Shown: in pieces, positions 9,065 to 19,277 of the stretch
Layout of the letters: every line of letters starts with the position of its first letter
Position numbering within the stretch: the stretch's first letter is position 1
From: a virus
Lineage: Duplodnaviria > Caudoviricetes
DNA: 64,000 nucleotides
IMG/VR virus record: IMGVR_UViG_3300021254_000021
Location: 188,373-252,372 of that record
Strand: one strand, 5' to 3'
Position numbers and translations under genes: made by a program
Notes under the pieces: generated by a model
Seen by the model: the letters and a program-made list of their open reading frames with translations, nothing else
Told to the model about the DNA's origin: nothing
Database searches by the model: none

Positions 9065-9734
9065 GGCTATGGTAGATCTATTAAAGAAAAAAGTGAGTAT
9101 ATCACACCCACAATTCCTTCAATTCCTTTACCCACACTTCCAATTTATTACAGACTTTAAACAGGTAATAGATTACTCACAAGGGGTAATATACAAAGGG
9201 TTAATATCCGAAACCATCTTGAATAAACTGGAATGCCTAACAGATGGGAAATACATCCTTCTAACAGACATAGGGGAAGTGGTACTATACACACCTAGTG
9301 ATTATGTAAAAATACTGTTTCCTGTCATAGCTGATAAAGCAGAACAATATAACAACTATGACTTGGAACAATTTATCCCTATACTAAAACAATATTACAT
9401 CCTACAAAAGAAACCTCCACTGTTAAAAGAAGATGAAACAGGAATATTTGGATTGTATAAGGCTTTGGTTTCATCCAAAGAGGCTTTGCATAAAGAATAT
9501 TTCTCACTATTGAACACTCTTTCCATTAAGGTGGTGGCATCATCCATACTAACCTTTTTACTAAAGGTTAAAGAGCAAAATTTCAATAATTGCTCATCCT
9601 CTTATAAAAAGTTAATCAATACGGCGTACCTTAAATTTGGTACACGGATAAAACCTGCAATACAAACGTATATTGAATCAGACCAAAAGCCAGAGATAGC
9701 TCTATGGCTTTTATTAGACACCCTTAATGGGTAA
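9057..9734 (+). CDS. hypothetical protein
   Basis: 225-aa ORF overlapping the upstream gene. Confidence 0.65.
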   Translation: MTKAMVDLLKKKVSISHPQFLQFLYPHFQFITDFKQVIDYSQGVIYKGLISETILNKLECLTDGKYILLTDIGEVVLYTPSDYVKILFPVIADKAEQYNNYDLEQFIPILKQYYILQKKPPLLKEDETGIFGLYKALVSSKEALHKEYFSLLNTLSIKVVASSILTFLLKVKEQNFNNCSSSYKKLINTAYLKFGTRIKPAIQTYIESDQKPEIALWLLLDTLNG

Positions 9735-9762
9735 TAACCTTTAAACACAGGAGACATTCATC

Positions 9763-10161
9763 ATGGAAAAAATTATTATGGAACTTAAAAAGAAGGTGGA
9801 GAGTTATACATTGCCAGAAGGCATGGAGTCTATCCCACCTTACTCCTCAATCAAAACCTCAAAAGAAGAACTGTATAAGAAATACTCAAGCACGATTATG
9901 TACTATAACAATGTGTGTGAAACACTGTCAAAACTACAATATACCTCTATTACAGTTGATCGCCTCTTAAAAGAGCTGTCCAATTCACAAGAAGTATTCT
10001 CAAAACAAAAACTATATTCTACGGAATTAAAAGCATTAAAAGAAGAAACAAAAGGGCTGATAGATGCTTATAAATTCCTTAAAGATGGACTGGAAGCCAC
10101 TGTACGCTTCTATAATAGTACACAGTATTTGTTGACCAGTTATCGCCTAGAAGATTGCTAA
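9763..10161 (+). CDS. hypothetical helical protein
   Basis: RBS AGGAG; coiled-coil character. Confidence 0.65.
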   Translation: MEKIIMELKKKVESYTLPEGMESIPPYSSIKTSKEELYKKYSSTIMYYNNVCETLSKLQYTSITVDRLLKELSNSQEVFSKQKLYSTELKALKEETKGLIDAYKFLKDGLEATVRFYNSTQYLLTSYRLEDC

Positions 10162-10619
10162 ATATAAAGGAAAAGAGAATGACTCTACTATCACTATTCA
10201 AACCTGTTTTAAAAATACTCACATCCTTTGTACTGCCAGAATATAAAACCTGCGGGTCTGCCTGTTTCGACATCCCTATTACAGCAAATAAGGTATTAAA
10301 GCCTAATGAGCTGTACAATTTTGGCACAGGTTATAGAATGGAAATACCAAAAGGATGGTGCTTACTTATCTTCCCTAGATCTTCTCTTGGACAAAAGAAA
10401 TGTATTATACCAAATTCAGTTGGCGTCATAGACTCCGATTATAGAGGCGAGGTAAAAGTGCCTATACTGAATCTCTCTAATGAGGAAATACAATTTGAAT
10501 CAGGACAGCGTGTGGCACAAGGTCTTTTAGTTAAAGCAAAACAATGTAAAATATTTAAAGTGCCTACACTGTCAGATACACTAAGAGGACAAGGCGGATT
10601 CGGATCAACAGGATTATAA
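10155..10619 (+). CDS. dut: trimeric dUTPase
   Basis: GSACFD, PRSS, GVIDSDYRGE, RVAQG, RGQGGFGSTG motifs. Confidence 0.95.
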   Translation: MLNIKEKRMTLLSLFKPVLKILTSFVLPEYKTCGSACFDIPITANKVLKPNELYNFGTGYRMEIPKGWCLLIFPRSSLGQKKCIIPNSVGVIDSDYRGEVKVPILNLSNEEIQFESGQRVAQGLLVKAKQCKIFKVPTLSDTLRGQGGFGSTGL

Positions 10620-10664
10620 TAAAAAAGGGGTAGTAAGATAAATCACTTACTACCCCTTTTTATT

Positions 10665-11015
10665 TTACCCAACCTCTATATAACCATCCTCTTTAATCAA
10701 ATTTATCACAGCACTCGCCACACGAGAAGGGTGGGAATTAAGCTCAATAAATGTCTCATTGAGCCAGTCATGATCTTCCTCACTCCTAATCAGAATGTCC
10801 CTATGATCCGTATTATAACTAATACTAATCCCATAGACATCCGACATCTTAAACTCTACCCATAAACCATATACCGTATAACAGACATAAAAATCCTTTT
10901 CATCTATGTCCAAGTCTTTCATAATACGGGCATTGATCGCTTCCGCCATACTGTGTATAGCACTCACCGCATTATTATTTCTATCCCCTTCAATAGATTC
11001 TTTTATCGCTCTCAT
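10665..11015 (-). CDS. hypothetical protein (possible virion internal protein)
   Basis: RBS GGAGAGG before ATG at 11015; shares a bidirectional terminator with dut. Confidence 0.7.
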   Translation of the reverse strand: MRAIKESIEGDRNNNAVSAIHSMAEAINARIMKDLDIDEKDFYVCYTVYGLWVEFKMSDVYGISISYNTDHRDILIRSEEDHDWLNETFIELNSHPSRVASAVINLIKEDGYIEVG

Positions 11016-11367
11016 ATTTCCTCTCCATCTATTCATAAAGAAAAGAAAACGTCTAAATACATAGATAAATTTAAAACCATATTATCTACATAAACAGAGA
11101 AAGAGAGTTGATTATCAAAACTCATTCTTTGATAATAGAAGGCTAATAAAACAATCTTAATCACGGCTCTAAGTTAAGCCTAGGAAGATTCATTACTGAT
11201 TGTCCGATTATGTCCTTAAATGTCTCTCTCTCTTTCAAAAATACTTTACACCGTTACTGTTATCCTTTTTCGTTAATTACAGTATCGGTGTTTAACTGTA
11301 TCTACGCCAAGCTAAAATTCCATACTCTTTAGGTATTCTATTACATTGATTCTTAATCATAAAGGAG

Positions 11368-11784
11368 ATGGAAGGAATGCAAGCATTAGTAAATACAGTA
11401 AGCAATATAGCCTATATGCTACAAAAAACGGCATTATATATTAACGGTAGTAAATCATCCTTAACCAAAGAGGAAATAAGAGAGTATATAATATCCTCTT
11501 TTCCTAACTTAACCAAAGAGTGTAATAGGTTGGATGAGTTGATTGAGAAGGAGAGGTATACGCTGAATAAGGATAGATTCATAAGTAAGATAAAGGATGG
11601 ATTTACAAATGGTAAAGCAGGGTTTGATAAAGCAGGATTCTTTATAGGCTATTATGACTTAAAGAGTAAGATTCTAAACCCTAAAGAAAAGATGGTTATT
11701 TATGACGGCGTATTCTTTGAATTAAACATAAATAACTATATGGGAAATGAACAAATCATTCTGGGTACATCCACTTTCCCTTAA
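11368..11784 (+). CDS. hypothetical protein
   Basis: 138-aa ORF, AAGGAG upstream. Confidence 0.65.
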   Translation: MEGMQALVNTVSNIAYMLQKTALYINGSKSSLTKEEIREYIISSFPNLTKECNRLDELIEKERYTLNKDRFISKIKDGFTNGKAGFDKAGFFIGYYDLKSKILNPKEKMVIYDGVFFELNINNYMGNEQIILGTSTFP

Positions 11785-11855
11785 ATAACACTTATTATCT
11801 AATAAGGTAGTGTGCTATTCCTTAACCACAATACAGTAATACAAAGGAGAAAATT

Positions 11856-12374
11856 ATGGTTAAGTTAAGAAGATGCAATGAGGCACAATTAAGCCTTTTT
11901 GATAAACCCCTACCCTTAGATTTACATCATAATAATACCGAGGTAGAACCCGAGGTAACACAGGTAGAAGAACCAGAGACAAATAATAAGGTGTATTCAA
12001 GAGAATATGCTAACAGAGCTAAACAGTTAAGAACATTAAAAGGACAGGAATTATTAGATGCTGTCGAAGAAGGGGATATATTCTGGGGCAGATGGGGTTA
12101 TAACCGCACTATAACAAACTGGTTTATCGTTAAACGTAAAACAGCAAAAAGAATCATTTTACATGAGATAGATTATACTTATGGTAATCAGCCGGGAGAT
12201 AGTATAGGTGGTTGGACAACGTGCCCACTTTTACCCCCTAAAGAGATAAGTGGTAAAAGAGATATGCAGGGTATTCCCCTACCAGAAAACAGGTATGCAC
12301 AAATTCAAATACCCGACTATCCTAAATCATTAACAGTCTGGGATGGTACATACGGTTGGGAAAACATGGATTAA
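11856..12374 (+). CDS. hypothetical protein (MVKLRRCNE leader)
   Basis: strong RBS; shared N-terminal motif. Confidence 0.7.
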   Translation: MVKLRRCNEAQLSLFDKPLPLDLHHNNTEVEPEVTQVEEPETNNKVYSREYANRAKQLRTLKGQELLDAVEEGDIFWGRWGYNRTITNWFIVKRKTAKRIILHEIDYTYGNQPGDSIGGWTTCPLLPPKEISGKRDMQGIPLPENRYAQIQIPDYPKSLTVWDGTYGWENMD

Positions 12375-12386
12375 AAGGAGCGTATT

Positions 12387-12707
12387 ATGAGAGTCTTAAA
12401 AAGAGTAAAAGAATCCAATAAAGATTCTGAAACACTGTCTCTAATGAAAGAAATAGAGAAGTATAAAGGATTGGTAAAAGACTGGGAATATACAGCTCTT
12501 AATGGCCGTACATGGGGGAGACTATCATATAGATATTCCGATTTAGAACAGGCTTATTCTGATTTACACCGTATTCTAAGGAAAGCAGAGGATTTAAACA
12601 TAGATTATTCTCTTAGAGACGAAATAGGGGATATGATAAATTCGGTTGAGGATCTGATAGGGGAGAATGATCCCCACAGGTTCGACGATGATTACGAATA
12701 TGATTAG
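12387..12707 (+). CDS. hypothetical protein (MRVLKRVKES leader)
   Basis: strong RBS. Confidence 0.7.
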   Translation: MRVLKRVKESNKDSETLSLMKEIEKYKGLVKDWEYTALNGRTWGRLSYRYSDLEQAYSDLHRILRKAEDLNIDYSLRDEIGDMINSVEDLIGENDPHRFDDDYEYD

Positions 12708-12887
12708 ATGTCCCTTTTTAAAATTTACCTCCTCTTAATTTAAAGACTTTCACAGTTACGGGCATAGTGGTTTAATCCTCTATGCCCTTTTTTATTCACC
12801 CAATCCTTCACACAGTCCATTAAGGGGATAAGGAATTAAGTAAAATTCCCCTGATAGTAATTTTACAAAAATATTTAAGGAGACTGT

Positions 12888-13160
12888 GTGATGTCAGATT
12901 ATTTAAAAGAGTGTGCGGACAAGGCGGTGATGGTATTCAAGGCAAACGGTATTAAATCAGAACATTACCCTTCTTTACTTGAATCCTTATTTAAGGATAT
13001 GGAGCTTATTTATCATGGGATAAGTAAAGAGCAGGTAGATGAATTAAAGGGGTTTGGTTTTGACTTATATAAAATGAATATGGATGAGCGTAGAAGCATT
13101 CTTTTCCAGATGTCCCTTTGCAGGGTACTTTGTCACCTGAATGAAAAGATAAAAGGTTAA
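12888..13160 (+). CDS. hypothetical protein
   Basis: behind repeat element + RBS. Confidence 0.7.
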   Translation: MMSDYLKECADKAVMVFKANGIKSEHYPSLLESLFKDMELIYHGISKEQVDELKGFGFDLYKMNMDERRSILFQMSLCRVLCHLNEKIKG

Positions 13161-13247
13161 AGTTTTGCTTAAATAAGGCTTACAGAGATTTGGGAATTAT
13201 TCCTTTATCTCTTATTTAACAGACCAACTTTAAAAAAGGAGAGAGCG

Positions 13248-13622
13248 ATGAGTAAAACAAGACAGGCAGTAGTAATCCCCGTTTCATTAAAAGACAAACC
13301 TTATGTCACTACCATAAAGGATCATTATACAGCCTATTATCCGATTATTGGTTGTCGTTGTTTCGACATGGTAGAGTTGTGGGAGAAGGGTCATAAATCA
13401 GTGGATTGTTATGTGGATGATGAGGGTATGATTAACGGTTCACCAGTCAATGAGTATTGGCTTAGGGCGTACCAATTGGGTATTGTAAACAATCCTTTGT
13501 TTGGTATCTGTGTCATTACCATGACGGACACAAATACGGGAGATTCCACAGAGACGGATTTAAACCTTGTTAAAGAGGTGTTAAGAAGATACGGGTTTAC
13601 CCGAGACGAACTTTCCTTTTAG
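13248..13622 (+). CDS. hypothetical protein (DUF3846-like)
   Basis: IIGC..FDMV, YVDDEG..NGSPVN, LFG pattern. Confidence 0.55.
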   Translation: MSKTRQAVVIPVSLKDKPYVTTIKDHYTAYYPIIGCRCFDMVELWEKGHKSVDCYVDDEGMINGSPVNEYWLRAYQLGIVNNPLFGICVITMTDTNTGDSTETDLNLVKEVLRRYGFTRDELSF

Positions 13623-13749
13623 AAGGAATGTCACATTAAGTCCCAAAATGTCCACTCTGACAGAAAAGGGGATGAGGAAATTTTCCAAAGTCCCCTGAGA
13701 GCAACTTTACAAAAATATTTGGCCAATCTTTCTTTAAGGGAGACATATT

Positions 13750-14010
13750 ATGGAAGGTATCACTGTTAATGGTAAAGAATACAGCTCTTATGAAGTGTCA
13801 ACCATGTGGAAACTTACTCATTTAAGTGCGGAGCTTAGTGAGTTGGCGAAACATTCCAAGAATGAATCTGTTTTGAGACAGTGCGAAAAAGTACTTATGG
13901 AACTGAATCGTTTACACTTTTGTGACTTTGAAGAAGAATCAAAACCTGAGTATGAACCATTTAGAGCAGAATACCTTAAATGTTGTGAGGCAATAAATAG
14001 TTGGAAGTAG
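13750..14010 (+). CDS. hypothetical protein
   Basis: behind repeat element + RBS. Confidence 0.7.
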   Translation: MEGITVNGKEYSSYEVSTMWKLTHLSAELSELAKHSKNESVLRQCEKVLMELNRLHFCDFEEESKPEYEPFRAEYLKCCEAINSWK

Positions 14011-14098
14011 TAACCTTATTAGGGATAAGGAATAATTCCTTATCCCCCACACATCAATTTTACAAAAATATTTGACCAACTTTAAAGGAGACTGTGTT

Positions 14099-14656
14099 AT
14101 GGCGAAAGACATCAATAATAAAGAAATCGTGTCTGGTTATGTTGTAGAGATTAAAGGTGCTTACAGCAAATTAGATAATGGTTTGTGGTATGTTGACCAT
14201 TCTTCTGACAGAGGGGTCTGGTTACACAAGTTAAATAAGGATATGAGCAAGAGCAAAGGTAAAAATACCTGTACAGGTTGGCCCCTCCGTTCATACAGCA
14301 ATAACCGTTACAAACGTTGTGAGATTAACGAGTATAATGAGGCCAATGCCACAATAGAGATGCTTTGTCCTTATGTAGAACCTACTCCGAAACCAGTGAG
14401 CAATGAAATTAAGATTTTAAAGAAAGGGATTCGGAAAGGTGATAAATACTATCCATGCTATTACTGGAAAAACAGTGATGGCACTGTGACTGTCTATGCA
14501 AAAGACTATGGCTATGACGGCCTTCCCAGTGGTTTGGGTAATGTCATCAATGAATCAAACGGACAAATCGACTACTTTGAGAAAAGCCACTGTTATTTAA
14601 AGGAAGGGGATAGATACTATAATGAAGTGATGGCTGTTGTTACCAAACACTCTTAA
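14099..14656 (+). CDS. hypothetical protein, paralog of 15487-16032
   Basis: shared DNGLW, HKLNKDM, LCPYVEP.PKPVSN.IKI, CYYWK, DYFE. Confidence 0.75.
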   Translation: MAKDINNKEIVSGYVVEIKGAYSKLDNGLWYVDHSSDRGVWLHKLNKDMSKSKGKNTCTGWPLRSYSNNRYKRCEINEYNEANATIEMLCPYVEPTPKPVSNEIKILKKGIRKGDKYYPCYYWKNSDGTVTVYAKDYGYDGLPSGLGNVINESNGQIDYFEKSHCYLKEGDRYYNEVMAVVTKHS

Positions 14657-14761
14657 ATAAGGCTAACATTAAATAAGGAACATTTTTTGTTCCTTATTTA
14701 ATTCTTTCTTTTTCCTTTTATGTCCCTTATTGACCGACTCTTAAATAAAGGAGACTGAATT

Positions 14762-15019
14762 ATGTTGAGCAATCCCCATCAGGTAATGGAAAGACTGAAT
14801 GCTTTAGCACCTAATATCGGCCTTAGTCACTGTGACAAAAAGAGTATGATTGATCCAGAGCTGTTTATGATAGGAATGTTTGTTATAGACATAACAGCAT
14901 TGGGTGAATGGATGGAAAAGAATTACCCCGAGTATCTGGAAAAATCATTGCACGATTTCCTTATGGATAAAGACCCAGATCATATAGAGGAATGGAAGGA
15001 GTTACTGGGTGTTATGTAA
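14762..15019 (+). CDS. hypothetical protein
   Basis: strong RBS. Confidence 0.65.
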   Translation: MLSNPHQVMERLNALAPNIGLSHCDKKSMIDPELFMIGMFVIDITALGEWMEKNYPEYLEKSLHDFLMDKDPDHIEEWKELLGVM

Positions 15020-15103
15020 CCAATAAGGGGATAGAAAAGTTAAGTTAAATCCCCACAGACCAACTTTATAAAAATCTTTAACCAATCTTTAAAGGAGAAT
15101 GTT

Positions 15104-15400
15104 ATGTCGTCATTTAATCGTACTTTAATTATTGGCCGTGTAGACTGTAAACCCAAGTTAAAGAGAGATGGTAACATGGAGTATGCAGATTTTAACATCA
15201 TAACCACTGTAACTTCAGGTGATAAAACGGAAAGCATGGCACATCCAGTTCGTTGTTATAGCAGACAAGCTGTTTTGTGTAATGAGAATTTGGATAAAGG
15301 TGACTTATGCTGTGTTGAGGGTAGGCTGACTGATGAAAACTATGAGGACAAACTAAAACAGGTTATTGCTGAGAAAGTTGTATTCATAAGGAAGAAATAG
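15104..15400 (+). CDS. ssb: single-stranded DNA-binding protein (OB fold, no acidic tail)
   Basis: FNRTLIIGR...L.KGDL..VEGRL...VIAEKV.F. Confidence 0.8.
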   Translation: MSSFNRTLIIGRVDCKPKLKRDGNMEYADFNIITTVTSGDKTESMAHPVRCYSRQAVLCNENLDKGDLCCVEGRLTDENYEDKLKQVIAEKVVFIRKK

Positions 15401-15486
15401 AGTCTTAAAGGGGATGGAGTTAATCACTTAAATCCCCTAACGCCAATTTTACAAAAATATCTAACCAATCTTTAAAGGAGACAGCT

Positions 15487-16032
15487 ATGAACGACAGCTT
15501 TGGTAATGAAATTCAGGTGGGTATGGTTGTTGAGATTTCTGATTCCTGCATTAAGGGAGATAATGGTCTTTGGGTAGTTACCAGTGTGTACACCAGTGAG
15601 GCATACTGCCATAAACTGAATAAGGATATGCGTAAAGCTAAAGACGGCCCTCACACCACCGTCAGTTGGCCTCTGCATACTTATCTCAATGACCCATACA
15701 AAAGACATGAGGCTAACCGTTATAATGAAGAACATGCACGTATCCGTGTCCTATGCCCTTATGTTGAGCCTGCACCGAAACCTGTAAGTAATGATATTAA
15801 GATTCAGAAAAGAGGGATTAAGAAAGGCAACTCTTTCTGCTCCTGTTATTACTGGAAAGGCCGTGACGGTAGCATTTACATTTCAGCAAAACACTATAAC
15901 GAACATATCCCTAGAGAACTTGGCAATGTCAAAAATGATTCCGATGCCATGACCGATTACTTTGAGACGGACAGCTTAGTCCTTACCACGGAAAGTCCAT
16001 ACTATCAGGCGGCATTAAGATGCTGTAAATGA
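15487..16032 (+). CDS. hypothetical protein, paralog of 14099-14656
   Basis: see paralog. Confidence 0.75.
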   Translation: MNDSFGNEIQVGMVVEISDSCIKGDNGLWVVTSVYTSEAYCHKLNKDMRKAKDGPHTTVSWPLHTYLNDPYKRHEANRYNEEHARIRVLCPYVEPAPKPVSNDIKIQKRGIKKGNSFCSCYYWKGRDGSIYISAKHYNEHIPRELGNVKNDSDAMTDYFETDSLVLTTESPYYQAALRCCK

Positions 16033-16444
16033 ACAAAATTAAATTAGTCACTTCCCCTAAGACTGAGGGAAATTTAATTCATTGATTGCCCTAAGATACT
16101 GATTAATTAACCAGTATCTTAGCTTTTCTTTGAATATTCCTTATTTACTGTCTTTTAAATAAGGACATAAAAGTTTAGTATTACTAAAACTGAATTAAAT
16201 TTTTCTTGATCTTAGGGCAATATGTTAATTTGGTTTGGTCTAATATAAGATTGTGCTTAATTAAAGTCATCTATTTTGTCTAAAGGCTGTATTTAATTTA
16301 ACTCATCTGAGTGTGTTACCTAAATGAAAAGATAGGGATTTAGAATTGGGTTAAGTGTGAGATGTAAAGGGGATGGAGATGGTTGTTTAAGTCCCCTCGA
16401 ACCAACTTTACAAAAATCTTTGACAATTTTATAGGAGACTGAAT

Positions 16445-17341
16445 ATGAGTAAAGCACAGGATAAGGCCAAATCGTTCATTAAGAAATATTGTCGTGTTTA
16501 TGGCAATGGTGTTTCCTTTAACAAAGAGGATGGTTGTTTCTGTAGTTGGTTGGAGATAGAGTCGAAACAGGATAATTATTCCAAGTTAGACTGGTGGGAG
16601 AGAAATGAATCTTTCTCTATTCGTCTGCATGTGCAAGATGCTATCTTAGTTGTGGATGGTAAGATTGAGAATACATTGAATGCTGACTCTTTAAAAGACC
16701 TCATTATAGATGGGATAAAAGAGATGCGTGATACATTCTCTTTTAAGTCTGAGTGCTTCGACACTATGCTTTCCCATATAGGTATAACAGAGAATGAATG
16801 CGTATCTGTTATGGCAGAGTTATTCTTGGATAAATGTGTATCTGTGATGAACAAATCTTTTCCTGTTACCCAGAGGGCTTATGACAGATGGGTTGAGAAG
16901 GGATGTAAGCAGGAAGCTAAAAAAGAGCGTATAGCGTCCGTCTTTGGTAAAGATTTCGAGGAAGCTCTTACGAACGGCATTGCCTCTTTCCATGATGCCT
17001 ATATAGAGAGTAAAATAAAGATGCTCTTTGCATTCTTTAAACAGCAGTATGGTGGGTTTACCCGATACACAGATGATGAGTTAAAAGAGAAGGCCAGTAG
17101 AGAGGCCGAGGAAACATGGGGGTTTTGGTTAAAGTTTGAGGTGATTGGGATTACTGACATCCTCTTACGGTATGATGTTGGTAAATGCACCCACTACGAT
17201 TTACAGTTCGATAATACCTGTATGAAGGTGGAAGGTGACATCTTTGGTGATACAGGAAAACGTCTTCATTTCCACACCATATTTGCGGGCGGCTATAACA
17301 TTCAGTGCTTGCACACTAGAACGATAGCTCACGTGTTCTAA
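16445..17341 (+). CDS. hypothetical phage protein
   Basis: C-terminal TIFAGGYNIQCLHTR motif of a type common in phage proteins. Confidence 0.7.
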   Translation: MSKAQDKAKSFIKKYCRVYGNGVSFNKEDGCFCSWLEIESKQDNYSKLDWWERNESFSIRLHVQDAILVVDGKIENTLNADSLKDLIIDGIKEMRDTFSFKSECFDTMLSHIGITENECVSVMAELFLDKCVSVMNKSFPVTQRAYDRWVEKGCKQEAKKERIASVFGKDFEEALTNGIASFHDAYIESKIKMLFAFFKQQYGGFTRYTDDELKEKASREAEETWGFWLKFEVIGITDILLRYDVGKCTHYDLQFDNTCMKVEGDIFGDTGKRLHFHTIFAGGYNIQCLHTRTIAHVF

Positions 17342-17405
17342 TCCGTATATTCCCCTACTTATGGGGAATATATTTTGACCAGCTTTTACAAAAGGAGACT
17401 GAACA

Positions 17406-17723
17406 ATGTTCTGTATGGAAAATGCGACTGAAGCAGAGTGCCAAGAGTTTATTAACTGGGTAAAAGAGAATTATGCTACGGATGATCCTGAGAAAAAAGA
17501 GGCTGTGGAGATTCTTAGCAGATACTATGTTACAAGAGCTTTACCCTTATGCGGGATGAAGTCATGGTTTAAGAGGGATTATGCTAGATTCTGTAACGGC
17601 GATAAGTATGCAGTAGAGAGGCACAAACGAAAGGAGTATGTCCCTGTTTACCATGATTCTACGAATGGTAAAATCAACGATCCTTCTTGGAGAGGCCCAA
17701 ACGGTAATTGGTCTTTAGACTAA
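17406..17723 (+). CDS. hypothetical protein
   Basis: strong RBS. Confidence 0.65.
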   Translation: MFCMENATEAECQEFINWVKENYATDDPEKKEAVEILSRYYVTRALPLCGMKSWFKRDYARFCNGDKYAVERHKRKEYVPVYHDSTNGKINDPSWRGPNGNWSLD

Positions 17724-17771
17724 CTTAAAACCTACTCTAAAGAGTGGGTTGTTTTATATAAGGGGAAAGCA

Positions 17772-18305
17772 ATGAGTAAAGACACAGAGATATTAGGGTT
17801 CTGCCCAGGCTTTTGTTTTGGTACAATCTTAATGCGTAGTTCCCATGAGGGATTCTATTATAATTCTATTAAAGAGATTCTTAAAAAAAGAAGGTTTTAT
17901 CTGGTTACTGTGGGGGATGAGGAAGATGAGGAAACATTCTTTATTAAAGGCAGGGAGTTATTTACCCTTTACTTTGTACCTCAAGGCTATCAGATACTTA
18001 GAGGATCTGATTTGGAGCGAGAGATACAGGAACAGATGAGCGAGGAGGATTCATCCAATTTTCATCACGTGTTTGGCTGTTCCAACTTCTACAGCACACA
18101 CTTTCGGGATTTAACTATTGGTGTGCCCTACAGGTATATCAACGAGATACCCAATACATTTACGTCTTTGCAGGAATGTGTGGAATCTATCAAACCCCTA
18201 GGAAAAGAGATAAGGATTTATTGTTTACATACATCCAATAAGCCTTATAGCCTAGAGGAGATAATCCATTATGGTCACACTGCGACGAATAACAGAGAAG
18301 AATGA
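17772..18305 (+). CDS. hypothetical protein, paralog of 31043-31573
   Basis: shared GDEEDEETF.IKGREL.TLY and KPL...HTS..PY.LEE. Confidence 0.75.
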   Translation: MSKDTEILGFCPGFCFGTILMRSSHEGFYYNSIKEILKKRRFYLVTVGDEEDEETFFIKGRELFTLYFVPQGYQILRGSDLEREIQEQMSEEDSSNFHHVFGCSNFYSTHFRDLTIGVPYRYINEIPNTFTSLQECVESIKPLGKEIRIYCLHTSNKPYSLEEIIHYGHTATNNREE

Positions 18306-19119
18306 TTCTTTACTGACAATGCAATCAGCCGATCCTTATACCTTATGGCAACAGTCAAAGAATAAATTATCCCAGACCAAACTTATTCCTCTATCCTCTT
18401 TAGGGTTAAGGGATGTCCGAGTAAGAGATCCACATTCTTTAGACACTCTTTATATAAATGAAGGGGATGCTACTAAGATAAAAGATACCATAGAGGAAGT
18501 GAGAGAGAAGCAGAATGATGCTTTAACTTTATTAACCATAGCTAGGGAGATAGATCATTCCATTGAAGAACCGAGTGCATATAAGGTGGATGCTTCTGGT
18601 CTTTTTACTAAGTCTCAAAATGATCTTATGATCTTTATCCCTAGCTATATTGCACAAGGTCTAAAAGATTTAAAGAAGCAATTACAAGATAAAGGAATAA
18701 GATTAAACATAAATATTGTTTCCCATAACAATCAGTCTTTAAATAAGCTCTATCATATAGAGGCTTCGACAAAGGTTTCCATTCTTAAACTATCCCTTAA
18801 GTATAATAAAAAGAATTATACCAATAAGGATGTCACCTCAATCCAAGACCTAAAGACTTTCTTAATAGATGCTGTATCGAACAATCCCGAGGCTGTACAG
18901 ATCATTAAGAACTTTGACTTCACCAAACCTATGCCAAAAGCACAACAGGCCAGAACGGTGGATGGTATTCTTTATTATTCCTTAGCGCCTATGGCTAACA
19001 GGGCTCATAAGATAGGACAGTTAGATTTCTCTTACTCTAATGGGAAGGTGAATATTGTACCAACTGCAACCGTCCAATACAGATACAGATTTAATGATGG
19101 AGAGCTGATAGAAGGATAA
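18271..19119 (+). CDS. hypothetical protein (MVTLRRITE leader)
   Basis: RBS GAGGAG. Confidence 0.7.
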   Translation: MVTLRRITEKNDSLLTMQSADPYTLWQQSKNKLSQTKLIPLSSLGLRDVRVRDPHSLDTLYINEGDATKIKDTIEEVREKQNDALTLLTIAREIDHSIEEPSAYKVDASGLFTKSQNDLMIFIPSYIAQGLKDLKKQLQDKGIRLNINIVSHNNQSLNKLYHIEASTKVSILKLSLKYNKKNYTNKDVTSIQDLKTFLIDAVSNNPEAVQIIKNFDFTKPMPKAQQARTVDGILYYSLAPMANRAHKIGQLDFSYSNGKVNIVPTATVQYRYRFNDGELIEG

Positions 19120-19226
19120 GCTATTCCCTTTAAACGAGGAATATTTCGGATACATAGTATTATGGGGTATGCTTAGATTAAGCATACCCCATTTGTTTTT
19201 ACTGGGATTTAACAGAGGCGAACGGT

Positions 19227-19262
19227 AAATCCCACGAGGCTTTAGCCTCGTGAATAGTTCAC
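19227..19262 (+). mobile_element. IS200/IS605 right-end palindrome remnant
   Basis: CCCACGAGGCTTTAGCCTCGTGAATAGTTCAC directly before the ligase RBS. Confidence 0.7.
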
Positions 19263-19277
19263 AAAGGAGAATGAATA

